Assembly (NCBI GenBank): GCA_040289515.1
Contig: PSLI01000011.1
Location: 1 to 51,521 of the forward strand
Source: Candidatus Sysuimicrobiota bacterium
GTDB lineage: Bacteria; Sysuimicrobiota; Sysuimicrobiia; Sysuimicrobiales; Sysuimicrobiaceae
Length of the DNA: 51,521 nt
Direction of reading: 5' to 3'
Under the pieces are notes generated by a model that was not told the origin of the DNA, did no database searches, and worked only from the letters and a program-made list of their open reading frames with translations. Positions within the stretch are counted from its first letter, which is position 1; each line of letters opens with the position of its first letter. Positions 1 to 9,686 of this stretch are shown in pieces. A program made the position numbers and the translations under genes.

Positions 1-206
1 GGCAGCTCCTCGGCCGGGATGCCGCAGCCGTCGTCCGTCACGCGGATGAGCGCGATGCCGCCCCCCTCGACCTGGACGGTGATACGGGTGGCGCCCGCGT
101 CGAGGGCATTCTCCACCAGCTCCTTGACCACCGAGGCGGGGCGCTCCACCACCTCACCGGCGGCGATCCGGGCCGCCACGGCCGGTGCCAGTACGCGGAT
201 GGGCAC
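1..206 (-). CDS. mutL: DNA mismatch repair protein MutL, N-terminus (runs off window)
   Basis: Manual translation of the minus strand gives [44 protein letters not shown]...DDGCGI (GHKL ATPase motifs); GGAGGTGA RBS precedes GTG at 206; follows mutS. Confidence 0.93.
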   Translation of the reverse strand, partial: MPIRVLAPAVAARIAAGEVVERPASVVKELVENALDAGATRITVQVEGGGIALIRVTDDGCGIPAEEL

Positions 207-256
207 GTCGCTCACCTCCGCGCCCAGTGTACCAAGGCGGACCCGGCACGGCGGGC

Positions 257-2803
257 TCACGCCCGTCGGGCCCGCTCGCGCAGCTCGTATAGGCGGGTGA
301 TCGCCTCCAGCGGCGTCATAGCGTCCACGTCGAGGGCCGCGATCTCGTCCAGGAGCGGGTGACGCACGGCAAATAGCGGCAGTTGCTGCGGCGGTCCGCC
401 CCGCCTCCGCCCGGCGGCACTGGACGACCGTCCTCCCGCCTCCAGCTCCGCCAGCAGCTCGGCGGCGCGGTGCACCACCGCCCTCGGCAGGCCGGCGAGC
501 TGGGCGACGTGGATGCCGTAGGACCGGTCCGCCCCGCCCGGTACAATGCGGCGCAAGAACACCACCTGCCCATCCTGCTCCGCCACCGTCACCGTGTAGT
601 TGCGCACGCGCGGCAGCTGCTCGGCCAGGGCCGTCAGCTCGTGGTAGTGGGTGGCGAACAGCGTGCGAGGCCGGCCGTGGGCCCACAGATACTCCACCAC
701 CGCCCACGCGATGCTGAGCCCGTCGTAGGTGGCCGTGCCCCGGCCCACCTCGTCCAGGATCACCAGGCTGCGTTCGGTGGCGTTGTGCAGGATGTTGGCA
801 ACCTCCTGCATCTCCACCAGGAAGGTGCTGCGGCCCCCGGCCAGGTCGTCCGCGGCGCCCACCCGGGTGAACACCCGGTCCACGAGACCCACCCGGGCCG
901 CGCGGGCGGGAACAAAACAGCCCGCCTGCGCCAGGATCGCCAGCAGGGCGTTCTGCCGCAGATAGGTGGACTTGCCCGCGAAGTTGGGGCCGGTGACCAC
1001 CGCGATGCGGCGCCGCTGGTCCAACCGAAGGTCGTTGGGCACGAAGGGCTCGTCCCGAAGCCGTTCCACCACCGGGTGACGCCCCGCCTGCACCTCCAGC
1101 ACCGGCTCGTCCACCACGTGGGGCCGCACGTAGCCGTACGCCTGCGAGACCTCCGCGAAGGAGCCCAGCACGTCCAGGCTGGCCACCGCGGCCGCGGTGG
1201 CCAGGAGGGTGGGGCCGCGCGCGGCCACCCGATCCTGCAGGGCGCAAAACAGCTCGTATTCCCGTTCCTTCTGCCGCTCCTCCGCGTGCAGGATGAAGGC
1301 CTCGCGTTCTTTCATCTCCGGGGTGACGTAGCGTTCCGCGCCCACCAGGGTCTGCCGGCGCTCGTAGTCCGGGGGGACCCGGTCCCGGTGCGCGCGCGTG
1401 ACCTCGATGTAGTACCCGAACACCTTGTTGTAGCCCACGCGCAGGCTCCTGATGCCGGTCCGCTCCCGCTCCTGGGATTCCAGGTCGCGGATCCACCGCT
1501 TGGCCTCCGATGCGGCGCGGCGCAGGCCGTCCAGCTCCGCGTCGTAGCCTTCCCGCACGAACCCGCCGTCCCGGGGGTTGGCGGGCGGGTCCTCCACCAG
1601 GGCCCTGTCCAGCTCGTCGCGCAGGTCCTCGTGCGGGTCCAGCTGACCGGCAAGCTCCCGCAGCAGGTCGCTGTGCAGGCTTGAAGCCAGCTGCTTCAAG
1701 TCCGCCACCGCCGCCAGACTTCGCGCGAGGGCCACCAGGTCCCGGGGCGTGGCAACGCCGCTTCCGCATCTGCCCACCAGTCGCTCCAGGTCCGCCACCC
1801 GGGCCAGGCAGTCCTGCAGGGCCTGCCGGCTGGTGGCCACCAGCTCCTCCACCGCGTCTAGCCGCGCCTGGATGCGGGAGGGGTCCTGTAGGGGCGCCAG
1901 GATCCACCGCCGCAGCAGCCGGCCGCCCATGGCGGTACGGGTGCGGTCCAGCACCCCCACCAGGGTGGCTTTGCGGTCGTTGCCCACCAGGGGGTGCAGC
2001 AGCTCCAGACTGCGCACCGTACCGGGATCCAGCAGCATCGTCTCGTGCGGCCGGTACACCTGCAGGCGGTGCAGGTGCCGCAGCCCGCTGCGCTGCGTCT
2101 TGCGCAGGTACTGCATCAGTGCCCCCGCAGCCGCGGTCCCAAGGGGCACCTCCCCGCAGCCGAAGCCCTCCAGGGACACCACCTGGAACTGCTCGCACAG
2201 GACCCGCACCGCTTCCTGCAGGTCAAACCGCCATGGTTCGTACGGCGTGCGGGCGGCGGTGACCGACTCCGGGAGCGCCGCGTTCTCCGGGTACAGCACC
2301 TCGCGTACCGAAAGCCGCTCCAGCTCCTGCAGCGCCTCCGCGGGCGGCAGCTCCGTGACCCGAAACTCCCCCGTGGAGAGGTCCGCCACCGCCACGCCCC
2401 ACCGGTCGGCCGTAGGTTTCAGCGCGGCCACGTACACGTTCTCCCGGGGCGGCACCAAAGCCTCGGAGGTCACGGTCCCGGGTGTTACCACCCGCGCCAC
2501 CTCGCGGCGCACCAGGCCCTTGGCCCGTTTGGGGTCCTCCACCTGCTCGCAGATGGCCACCCGGAAACCTACCTCCAGCAGCCGGCCCAGGTATGACTCC
2601 AGGGCCTGGTGGGGAATCCCGCACATGGGCACGCGCCGGTCCTTGGCCACCGGACGGGAGGTGAGGGTGATGTCCAGCACCCGCGCGGCCACCTCCGCGT
2701 CCTCGCCGAACAGTTCGTAGAAGTCGCCCAGGCGGAACAGCAGCAGGGTGCCGGGGTAGGCCCGCTTCAGGGCCAGGTACTGCCGCATCATGGGGGTGTC
2801 CAT
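257..2803 (-). CDS. mutS: DNA mismatch repair protein MutS
   Basis: MDTPMMRQY...GDFYELF N-terminus, Walker [37 protein letters not shown]. Confidence 0.97.
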   Translation of the reverse strand: MDTPMMRQYLALKRAYPGTLLLFRLGDFYELFGEDAEVAARVLDITLTSRPVAKDRRVPMCGIPHQALESYLGRLLEVGFRVAICEQVEDPKRAKGLVRREVARVVTPGTVTSEALVPPRENVYVAALKPTADRWGVAVADLSTGEFRVTELPPAEALQELERLSVREVLYPENAALPESVTAARTPYEPWRFDLQEAVRVLCEQFQVVSLEGFGCGEVPLGTAAAGALMQYLRKTQRSGLRHLHRLQVYRPHETMLLDPGTVRSLELLHPLVGNDRKATLVGVLDRTRTAMGGRLLRRWILAPLQDPSRIQARLDAVEELVATSRQALQDCLARVADLERLVGRCGSGVATPRDLVALARSLAAVADLKQLASSLHSDLLRELAGQLDPHEDLRDELDRALVEDPPANPRDGGFVREGYDAELDGLRRAASEAKRWIRDLESQERERTGIRSLRVGYNKVFGYYIEVTRAHRDRVPPDYERRQTLVGAERYVTPEMKEREAFILHAEERQKEREYELFCALQDRVAARGPTLLATAAAVASLDVLGSFAEVSQAYGYVRPHVVDEPVLEVQAGRHPVVERLRDEPFVPNDLRLDQRRRIAVVTGPNFAGKSTYLRQNALLAILAQAGCFVPARAARVGLVDRVFTRVGAADDLAGGRSTFLVEMQEVANILHNATERSLVILDEVGRGTATYDGLSIAWAVVEYLWAHGRPRTLFATHYHELTALAEQLPRVRNYTVTVAEQDGQVVFLRRIVPGGADRSYGIHVAQLAGLPRAVVHRAAELLAELEAGGRSSSAAGRRRGGPPQQLPLFAVRHPLLDEIAALDVDAMTPLEAITRLYELRERARRA

Positions 2804-2824
2804 CGGGTAAGGTGTTCTCGGGCC

Positions 2825-3781
2825 GTGCACCCGACTCCTGGTACCAACAAGATCCCCCTCGTGGTGGTGGTGGGTCCCACCGCGGTGGGCAAGTCCACAG
2901 CAGCGGTGGAGCTGGCGGAGCGCCTGGGCGGGGAGGTGGTGTGCGCGGACTCCCGCACGGTTTACCGGGGGATGGACATCGGCACGGCCAAGCCCACCCC
3001 GGCCATGCGCGCGCGGGTCCCGCACCACCTGCTGGACGTGGTGGACCCCACGGAGGTGTTCACCGTGTGGGAGTTCCAGCGCCTGGCAAGCGAGGCCATC
3101 GCGCAGATCCGCGCCCGGGGCCGGGTTCCCCTGCTGGTGGGCGGCACCGGGCTGTACGTGCGGGCCGTGGTGGACGGCCTCGTGATCCCCCAGGTACCGC
3201 CGGACTGGGCGGCCCGCCGCCTGTGGGAGGAGGAAGAACGCCAGCAGCCCGGGGTGCTGTACCGGCGCCTCAGGGAACTGGACCCGCAGGCGGCCGCGCG
3301 CATCCTGCCGCAGAACCTGCGCCGGGTGATCCGGGCTCTGGAGGTGGTGGTGCACACGGGGCGGCCCTTCAGCGAGCAGGCCCGCCGGGAGGAGGGGGAG
3401 CTGGCGGTGCAGCTGGGGCTGGTGGTGGATCGGATGAGGCTGCACGAGCGGATCCGGCGCCGCATCCAGGAGCAGTTGCAGGCCGGTCTGGTGGAGGAGG
3501 TGCGGGGATTGGTGGCACGGGGGGTGGACCCCTCCAAACCCGCGATGCAGGGCCTAGGCTACAAGGAGCTGATCCCGTACATACGGGGCGAAGTGAGCCT
3601 AGAGCAGGCCATCCGGCAGCTGGAGCGCAACACCCGCCGCTACGCCAAGCGGCAGTGGACGTGGTTGCGGGCGGACCCCAGGATCCGCTGGGTGAACGTG
3701 GAGGACTGGCCGCCGCAGGTGGTAGCGGCGCGGCTGCTGGAGATCCTGCGGACCGAGGGGTTTCGCCTTGGGCTATCCTAG
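2825..3781 (+). CDS. miaA: tRNA dimethylallyltransferase
   Basis: GPTAVGKS, DSRTVYRGMDIGTAKP, GGTGLY, TRRYAKRQ motifs; start approximate. Confidence 0.96.
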   Translation: MHPTPGTNKIPLVVVVGPTAVGKSTAAVELAERLGGEVVCADSRTVYRGMDIGTAKPTPAMRARVPHHLLDVVDPTEVFTVWEFQRLASEAIAQIRARGRVPLLVGGTGLYVRAVVDGLVIPQVPPDWAARRLWEEEERQQPGVLYRRLRELDPQAAARILPQNLRRVIRALEVVVHTGRPFSEQARREEGELAVQLGLVVDRMRLHERIRRRIQEQLQAGLVEEVRGLVARGVDPSKPAMQGLGYKELIPYIRGEVSLEQAIRQLERNTRRYAKRQWTWLRADPRIRWVNVEDWPPQVVAARLLEILRTEGFRLGLS

Positions 3782-3808
3782 GGCTGCGGGGAGCTTGAGG
3801 AGGCTTTG

Positions 3809-4984
3809 ATGGAGCACCGGACGCGACAAGTGGAGTCGGCGCGGCTGCAGCGGGTGCCGCCGTACCTGTTCGCGGACCTGGACCGGCGTACGGAAGAGCT
3901 GCAGCGACGCGGTGTGGACGTGATCAGCCTGGCGGTGGGGGACCCGGACCTGCCCACGCCCGAGCACGTGGTGGAAGCCATGCGGCAGGCGGTGGCGGAC
4001 CCGGACACGCACCGCTATCCACCGTACGCGGGCACGGCCACCTTCCGGGCCGCGGTGGCGGACTGGTACGGGAGGCGGTTCGGGGTGCGGCTGGACCCAG
4101 ATTGTCAGGTGCTGGCCCTGATCGGCTCCAAGGAGGGCATCGCGCACCTGCCGTGGGCGGTGCTGAACCCAGGGGACGTGGCTCTGGTCCCCGACCCCGG
4201 CTACCCAGTATACCGGGTGGCCACCCTGCTTGCGGACGGCGTGCCCCACCCGCTGCCGTTGCGACCCCACGCCGGCTTTCTGCCGGACCTCACGGAGGTG
4301 GCCACGGAGGTGGCCAAGCGGGCGCGCCTAATGTTCCTCAACTATCCCAACAACCCCACCGCGGCCACCGCGGAGGTGGAGTTTTTCGCGGAGGTGGTGC
4401 GCTTCGCGCGGGAGTTCGACCTCGTGGTGGTCCACGACAACTCCTACTCCGAGATCGCCTACGACGGGTACCGGCCACCGTCTTTTTTGCAGGCTCCCGG
4501 CGCGCTGGAGGTGGGGGTGGAGTACCACTCTCTGTCCAAAACCTACTGCATGACCGGCTGGCGGCTGGGGTGGGTGTGCGGCAACGCGGAGGTGGTGGGC
4601 GCCCTCGCGAAGCTGAAGACGAACCTGGACAGCGGGGTGTTCGTGGCGGTCCAGCGGGCGGGGGAGACGGCCCTGCGGGGTCCGCAGGATCCCGTGCGGC
4701 AGCGGGTGGCCGCGTTCCAGGCGCGGCGGGACCTGCTGGTGGACGGCCTGCAGGAGGCGGGCTGGCGGCTGAGCCGGCCCAGGGCCACCTTTTACGTTTG
4801 GGCGGAAGTACCCGAGGGGTTCGACTCGGTGACCTTCGCGCAGCATGTGCTGGAGCGAACGGCGGTGGTGGTGACCCCCGGTGTGGGGTATGGGCAGGTG
4901 GGCGATCGGTTCGTGCGGATGTCCTTCACGACCTCGGACGATCGGCTGAGGGAGGCGGTGGACCGCCTGCGGCGGATCCGGTGA
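3809..4984 (+). CDS. dapL: LL-diaminopimelate aminotransferase (class I/II PLP enzyme)
   Basis: PPYLFA, GDPDLPTP, LIGSKEGIAH, NYPNNPT, HSLSKTYCMTGWRLG, KTNLDSG. Confidence 0.8.
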   Translation: MEHRTRQVESARLQRVPPYLFADLDRRTEELQRRGVDVISLAVGDPDLPTPEHVVEAMRQAVADPDTHRYPPYAGTATFRAAVADWYGRRFGVRLDPDCQVLALIGSKEGIAHLPWAVLNPGDVALVPDPGYPVYRVATLLADGVPHPLPLRPHAGFLPDLTEVATEVAKRARLMFLNYPNNPTAATAEVEFFAEVVRFAREFDLVVVHDNSYSEIAYDGYRPPSFLQAPGALEVGVEYHSLSKTYCMTGWRLGWVCGNAEVVGALAKLKTNLDSGVFVAVQRAGETALRGPQDPVRQRVAAFQARRDLLVDGLQEAGWRLSRPRATFYVWAEVPEGFDSVTFAQHVLERTAVVVTPGVGYGQVGDRFVRMSFTTSDDRLREAVDRLRRIR

Positions 4985-4988
4985 GCTG

Positions 4989-6767
4989 GTGCGGCTGCCG
5001 TTCCTCGTAGGGAACACCCACCGGCTGTCGAAGACCGCGCGACAGCTGGCCGTGGCGCTGCGGGGCCGGTCGTTTGCAGGGGAGTCGGTGTGTGACCCGG
5101 AGCTGGCTCGGCGCCTGGCGCAGCTGGCCCACACGGCGCGCCGGGAGGCGGGGGTACTGATGTCGCGCAGCGGCCACTGTGCCCACGTGCTGCTCGGGCG
5201 CAACTGGCCGGGCCTGGAGGGAACCCTGCAGAGGCGGCGGGAAGGTCGGCCGTGCGGGCTGCGCCTGGTGCTTGTGTACGACCAGCCCGACGGATACCCC
5301 GCAGACGCGGACCTGGAGCTTCTGGAGCACGCCCGCCTGGATCTGCTGGTAACCCTCGGCCACCGCCGCGGCGAGGTGACAGAGGCTTGGGTGGCCAGCG
5401 CCGCGGGACGCTCCTGCCAGCTGGAAGGGCCCTTCGACTTGGACACCCTGCCGCACCTGAGGGCTCTGGACCGGATCCGGGCCGCAGAGCCCGTCTGGCG
5501 CACCTCGCCTGCCGACTCGCAACGGCCCGAGCGGGCGGTGCTGGTGGGGTTGGTGGTGCCGGAGCGCGAGGGCTACTCAGACCCCGAGTCCCTGGAGGAG
5601 TTGCGCCGCTTGGCGGAGACCGCGGGTGCGGAGGTGGTGGACGTCCTCACCCAGGAGCGACCGAGGCCGGACCCCGCCACCCTCATCGGCTCTGGCAAGG
5701 TGGCGGAGCTGCGGGGCCTGGTAGAGCGGGAGGCCGCGGACCTGGTGGTGTTCGACGAGGAGCTGTCCCCTGCCCAGCAGCGCAACTTGGAGGAGGAACT
5801 GGGTATCAAGGTGCTGGACCGGACGGCCTTGGTGCTGGACATCTTCGCGCGCCGGGCCCGAACCCGGGAAGGCCGCCTGCAGGTGGAGCTGGCGCAGATG
5901 ACGTACCTGTTGCCCCGCCTCGTGGGCAAGGGCGTGCTGCTTTCCCGGCTGGGCGGCGGCATCGGAACCCGCGGGCCCGGGGAGACGCAGCTGGAGACGG
6001 ACCGCCGTCGTGTGCGGCGGCGCATCGACGAGCTGCGGGCGCGAATCGAGGAGGTGGCGCGGGCCCGCAGAACCCAGCGGCGCGCCCGCCAGCAGGCAGA
6101 CGTGTCCGTGGTGGCCCTGGTGGGCTATACCAACGCGGGCAAGTCCACCCTCCTCAACGCCCTGACGGGTGCGCGGGTGTTCGTGGAGGACAAGCTGTTC
6201 GCCACGCTGGACCCCACCGCGCGCCGCACACGGCTTCCGGACGGCCGACCCGTGGTGCTGGTGGACACCGTGGGGTTTTTGCGGAAGCTGCCCACGCAGC
6301 TTGTGGCGGCGTTCCGCGCCACCCTGGAGGAGGTGACCGAGGCGGACGTGTTGGTCCACGTGGTGGACGTTTCGCACCCCGCCTGGGAGCGGCAGCGCCG
6401 GGCAGTAGAAGAGCTGCTGGAGGAGCTGGGTGCGGACGGGGTGCCCACCGTTCTGGCCCTCAACAAGACCGACCGCCTGCCCCCGAAGCGCGTGGCCCAG
6501 CTGGTAACGTACACCGGCGGGGTGCCCATCAGCGCGCTGCGGCGCACCGGTCTGGAAGACCTTTTGCGACGGGTTGCGGAGGCGCTACCCGGCTGGCCCC
6601 GCACGCAACTGCGGATCCCGTACGCGCACGTCCGCGTGTTGGCGGAGCTGCGGCGGTGGGGCCATGTCCTGCGGGAAGAGTACCTGCCCGACGCGGTGCA
6701 CGTGGAGGCGGAGCTGCCCCAGGCCCTGCTGAGCCGCCTGGCAGCGTGGGCAGCCCCCGGCCCGTAG
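4989..6767 (+). CDS. hflX: GTPase HflX with long N-terminal extension
   Basis: GGGIGTRGPGETQLETDRR, GYTNAGKST, LFATLDPT, DTVGF, NKTD. Confidence 0.95.
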   Translation: MRLPFLVGNTHRLSKTARQLAVALRGRSFAGESVCDPELARRLAQLAHTARREAGVLMSRSGHCAHVLLGRNWPGLEGTLQRRREGRPCGLRLVLVYDQPDGYPADADLELLEHARLDLLVTLGHRRGEVTEAWVASAAGRSCQLEGPFDLDTLPHLRALDRIRAAEPVWRTSPADSQRPERAVLVGLVVPEREGYSDPESLEELRRLAETAGAEVVDVLTQERPRPDPATLIGSGKVAELRGLVEREAADLVVFDEELSPAQQRNLEEELGIKVLDRTALVLDIFARRARTREGRLQVELAQMTYLLPRLVGKGVLLSRLGGGIGTRGPGETQLETDRRRVRRRIDELRARIEEVARARRTQRRARQQADVSVVALVGYTNAGKSTLLNALTGARVFVEDKLFATLDPTARRTRLPDGRPVVLVDTVGFLRKLPTQLVAAFRATLEEVTEADVLVHVVDVSHPAWERQRRAVEELLEELGADGVPTVLALNKTDRLPPKRVAQLVTYTGGVPISALRRTGLEDLLRRVAEALPGWPRTQLRIPYAHVRVLAELRRWGHVLREEYLPDAVHVEAELPQALLSRLAAWAAPGP

Positions 6768-6810
6768 GAGGGCGGGCACCGGTGGCGTATCCTTGCTTGG
6801 AGGGATTGGG

Positions 6811-7269
6811 ATGCCGCAGGTGGAGGTGCAAACGTTCGTGCGCGCGCCCGCCGAGCATGTGTACGCCCTGGCGAAGGACGTGGAGCGGTTCCCGGAGTTC
6901 ATGCCGGATGTGGAGAGCCTCCGGGTGGTGCAGCGGGAGGGCAACCGCACGGTGACCGCGTGGGTAGGCCGCATCCAGGGCCGGCGGGTCGCGTGGGTGG
7001 AGGACGACGAGTGGGACGACGCGCGGCGGGTGTGCACGTTTCGGCAGCGGGAGGGGGACTTCGACAGGTTTGAGGGCACGTGGAGCTTCGAGCCGGTCCC
7101 CGGGGGCTGCTCGGTGCGCCTGGTGCTGGACTACGAGCTGCGGATCCCCCTCGTGGGGCCCATGTTGAGCAACCTGGTGCGGCAGCTCGTTCGCAAGAAC
7201 GCGGAGGGGATGCTAGAAGCCCTGCGCCGCCGCGCGGAGGAAACCGCCGGCGGCTCGGGGGGAAGCTAG
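6811..7269 (+). CDS. SRPBCC/START-fold (cyclase/dehydrase family) protein
   Basis: VYALAKDVERFPEFMPDV...GDFDRFEGTWSF pattern; GGAGG RBS before ATG 6811. Confidence 0.8.
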   Translation: MPQVEVQTFVRAPAEHVYALAKDVERFPEFMPDVESLRVVQREGNRTVTAWVGRIQGRRVAWVEDDEWDDARRVCTFRQREGDFDRFEGTWSFEPVPGGCSVRLVLDYELRIPLVGPMLSNLVRQLVRKNAEGMLEALRRRAEETAGGSGGS

Positions 7270-7330
7270 GGGGGTAAACCGATAGGATGATAGGATAGCG
7301 GAGGGTGAACACGCGGAGCGGAGGTGACCC

Positions 7331-7477
7331 ATGGCTGAACTACTGTACGCGCAGGTGCGGGCGTGGCTACGCCGTTGGCTGGGCGACCGCTCCGGCCAGG
7401 CAGAGCTGCTGGTAGTGCTGCTGCTGGCCTTCCTCATCTGGGTGCTGGCCACAAACCGCCGGGTGGTGGTCCAGTAG
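7331..7477 (+). CDS. 48-aa single-TM micro-protein with prepilin-like (GQ) leader
   Basis: GGAGGTGA RBS; MAELLYAQVRAWLRRWLGDRSGQAELLVVLLLAFLIWVLATNRRVVVQ*; CTG/GTG codon use like host genes; absent from the ORF track. Confidence 0.75.
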   Translation: MAELLYAQVRAWLRRWLGDRSGQAELLVVLLLAFLIWVLATNRRVVVQ

Positions 7478-7574
7478 CTTCCCCAGCGGGAGCGTAAGCG
7501 TGCCCGGCCGCGGGGAGCCCGACTGCTCAAGCGGGCTCCCGGAGACCGTGAAGGGTTAATTCCGCAGGGCCGTA

Positions 7575-7601
7575 GACCCCTCCGGGCCGGAGGGGTTGTT
7601 T
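7575..7601 (+). terminator. Intrinsic terminator-like hairpin
   Basis: ACCCCTCC-gggcc-GGAGGGGT stem followed by TGTTT. Confidence 0.6.
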
Positions 7602-7619
7602 CGTGTCGTGGAGGTGCAG

Positions 7620-8732
7620 GTGGAGGCAATTCCCATCGCGCGCCCGCTGATCACGGAGGAGGACCGCCGGAGGGTCCTGGAGGTCCTGTCCTCCGGTCAG
7701 CTGAGCTGCGGAGAATGGGTGGAGCGCTTCGAGGCGGCCTTTGCGGCGTACCTGGGGGTCCCGCACGCGGTGGCCACGTCCTCGGGGACCGCGGCGCTAG
7801 AGGTGGTGCTGGAGGCACTGGGTGTGGGTCCGGGCGACGAGGTGGTGGTACCGGCCTTCACTTTCGCGGCCACCGCCAACGCGGTGGTGCACCGGGGCGC
7901 GCGGCCGGTATTCGCGGACATCGATCCCGTCACCTTCAACGTGGACCCCCAATCCGTGGAGGACCTGTTGCGCAAGCACCCGCGAGTGCGGGGCGTGGTG
8001 GTGGTGCACCTGTACGGCCTGCCGGCCGCCCTGGACGCCCTGGTGCAGCTGGCGGACCGCCACGGCGTGTGGTTGGTGGAGGACGCGGCGCAGGCCCATG
8101 GAGCGGCCTTCGGGGGCAGGCGGGTGGGCAGCTTCGGCATGGCGGGCGTGTTCAGCTTCTACCCCACCAAGAACATGACCACGGGGGAAGGTGGGATGGT
8201 GGTCACCCAGGACCCCCAGCTGGCCCGCCGGGTACGGCTGCTGGTGCACCAGGGGCAGCTGGACCCGTACCGCTACGAGCTGGTGGGTCACAACTACCGG
8301 ATGACCAACCTGGCCGCGGCTTTGGGGCTGGGTCAGCTGGAGCACCTGGAGGAGCGGAACGCGGCCCGCAGGCGCAACGCTTCGCTGCTCACGGCGGCGC
8401 TGCAGGGCCTGCCGGGGATCACACCGCCTGCGGAGCCGGCCGACTGTCGGCATGTGTACCACCAGTATACGGTTCGCGCCAGGCGCCGGGACGCGCTGAG
8501 CCGCCACCTGCAAACGTGGAGGGTGCAGACCCGGGTGTACTACCCGGAGCCGGTTCCCCATACCGAACCGTATCGCCGCATGGGGTACGCCCCGGGCGCG
8601 TGGCCGCAGGCGGAGCGGGCCAGCCGTGAGGTCCTGTCCCTGCCCGTCCACCCCGCCCTGCGGGAGGAGCAGCTGCAGCACGTGGCCCGCGCGGTGCAGG
8701 AGTTCGCGCAGGAGGTGGTGAGAGCACCGTGA
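7620..8732 (+). CDS. DegT/DnrJ/EryC1/StrS family sugar aminotransferase
   Basis: SSGTAAL, VHLYG, EDAAQAHGA, FSFYPTKNMTTGEGG, GHNYRM. Confidence 0.93.
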   Translation: MEAIPIARPLITEEDRRRVLEVLSSGQLSCGEWVERFEAAFAAYLGVPHAVATSSGTAALEVVLEALGVGPGDEVVVPAFTFAATANAVVHRGARPVFADIDPVTFNVDPQSVEDLLRKHPRVRGVVVVHLYGLPAALDALVQLADRHGVWLVEDAAQAHGAAFGGRRVGSFGMAGVFSFYPTKNMTTGEGGMVVTQDPQLARRVRLLVHQGQLDPYRYELVGHNYRMTNLAAALGLGQLEHLEERNAARRRNASLLTAALQGLPGITPPAEPADCRHVYHQYTVRARRRDALSRHLQTWRVQTRVYYPEPVPHTEPYRRMGYAPGAWPQAERASREVLSLPVHPALREEQLQHVARAVQEFAQEVVRAP

Positions 8733-9679
8733 GGCCGGAGGCGGTGCGGGTGGGCGTGGTGGGGTTGGGCAAGTGGGGACGCCACCACGTCCGCATCTAC
8801 CACCAGCTGCCGGAGGCGCACCTCGCCGCGGTGGTGTCTCCCAATCCGCAGGAGGTGGCGGAGTTCAGCGCCCGCTACCGGGTCCCCGGTTACCTGGACC
8901 ACCGGGACCTGGTGGGCAAGGTGGACGCGGTGAGCGTGGTGGCCCCCACGGTGCACCACTACGCTATCGCGCGGGACCTGCTGGAGGCGGGGGTGCACGT
9001 GCTGGTGGAAAAGCCCATTACCGCCCGGGTGGAGGAGGCCCGGCAGCTGGTGGCCCTCGCGCGGTCGCGAGGGCGGGTGCTGCTGGTGGGCCACGTGGAG
9101 CGCTTCAAACCCTCCGTGGAGGAGCTGCTGCAGCGGGCCAGTAGCCCGCTGTTCGTCCAGGCCCGCCGCATGCGTCCCTACCAGCCGGGCCGAGCCACGG
9201 ACGTGGGTGTGGTGATGGACCTCATGATCCACGACATCGACATTGTGTTGTCCCTCACGGGGTCGCACGTGGCACAGGTCACGGGGGTCGGTGCGCGGCT
9301 GTACGACGGGGACGAGGACCTGGCGGTGGCGCACCTGGTGCTGCAGGACGGGTGCGTGGCGGCTCTGGTGGCCAGCCGGGTGTCCCCGCACAAGGCTGCG
9401 GAGATCGAGGTGACGACCGCGGAAGGGTGTGTGTACCTGAACTACCTGCGGGAGCACATGGCAATCCGGTCCGGCTGCGGGCGCTGGGAGTTGCCGGTGC
9501 GGCACGAGGAACCCCTGCGGGCGGAGCTGCGGCACTTCCTGGCCTGCGTGCGGGGCGAGACCACCCCGCGGGTGCCCGGCGAGGCGGGGCTGGAGGCCCT
9601 GGAGGTGGCGCAGCGCATCCTGAGCGGCATGACCGTGGTGACCCCACGCCTGCGGGCCCCGGCCACCGCGCAAGCGTGA
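8729..9679 (+). CDS. Gfo/Idh/MocA family oxidoreductase (WbpB/GnnA-like)
   Basis: GVVGLGKWG, HVLVEKP, GHVERF, DLMIHDID; GTGA overlap with upstream gene. Confidence 0.9.
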   Translation: MRPEAVRVGVVGLGKWGRHHVRIYHQLPEAHLAAVVSPNPQEVAEFSARYRVPGYLDHRDLVGKVDAVSVVAPTVHHYAIARDLLEAGVHVLVEKPITARVEEARQLVALARSRGRVLLVGHVERFKPSVEELLQRASSPLFVQARRMRPYQPGRATDVGVVMDLMIHDIDIVLSLTGSHVAQVTGVGARLYDGDEDLAVAHLVLQDGCVAALVASRVSPHKAAEIEVTTAEGCVYLNYLREHMAIRSGCGRWELPVRHEEPLRAELRHFLACVRGETTPRVPGEAGLEALEVAQRILSGMTVVTPRLRAPATAQA

Positions 9680-9686
9680 GGTGCCC

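Noticed and set aside
1..560. Possible compositional or chimeric shift at the mutS 3' end and mutL
   Set aside because: Slightly more CTC/GTC codons by eye, but too short to support without computation
257..3445. 1062-aa ORF as an N-terminally extended MutS
   Set aside because: The extension is the antisense shadow of miaA; MutS homology starts at MDTPMM (2803)
7261..7286. Sigma28-like CCGATA promoter before the micro-ORF
   Set aside because: -10 is plausible but there is no properly spaced TAAA/TCAAG -35
7481..7570. c-di-AMP riboswitch, SRP or 6S RNA identity for the long hairpin
   Set aside because: Only a short GAGCCCGAC similarity; SRP GGAA loop motif and 6S length or central bubble are absent
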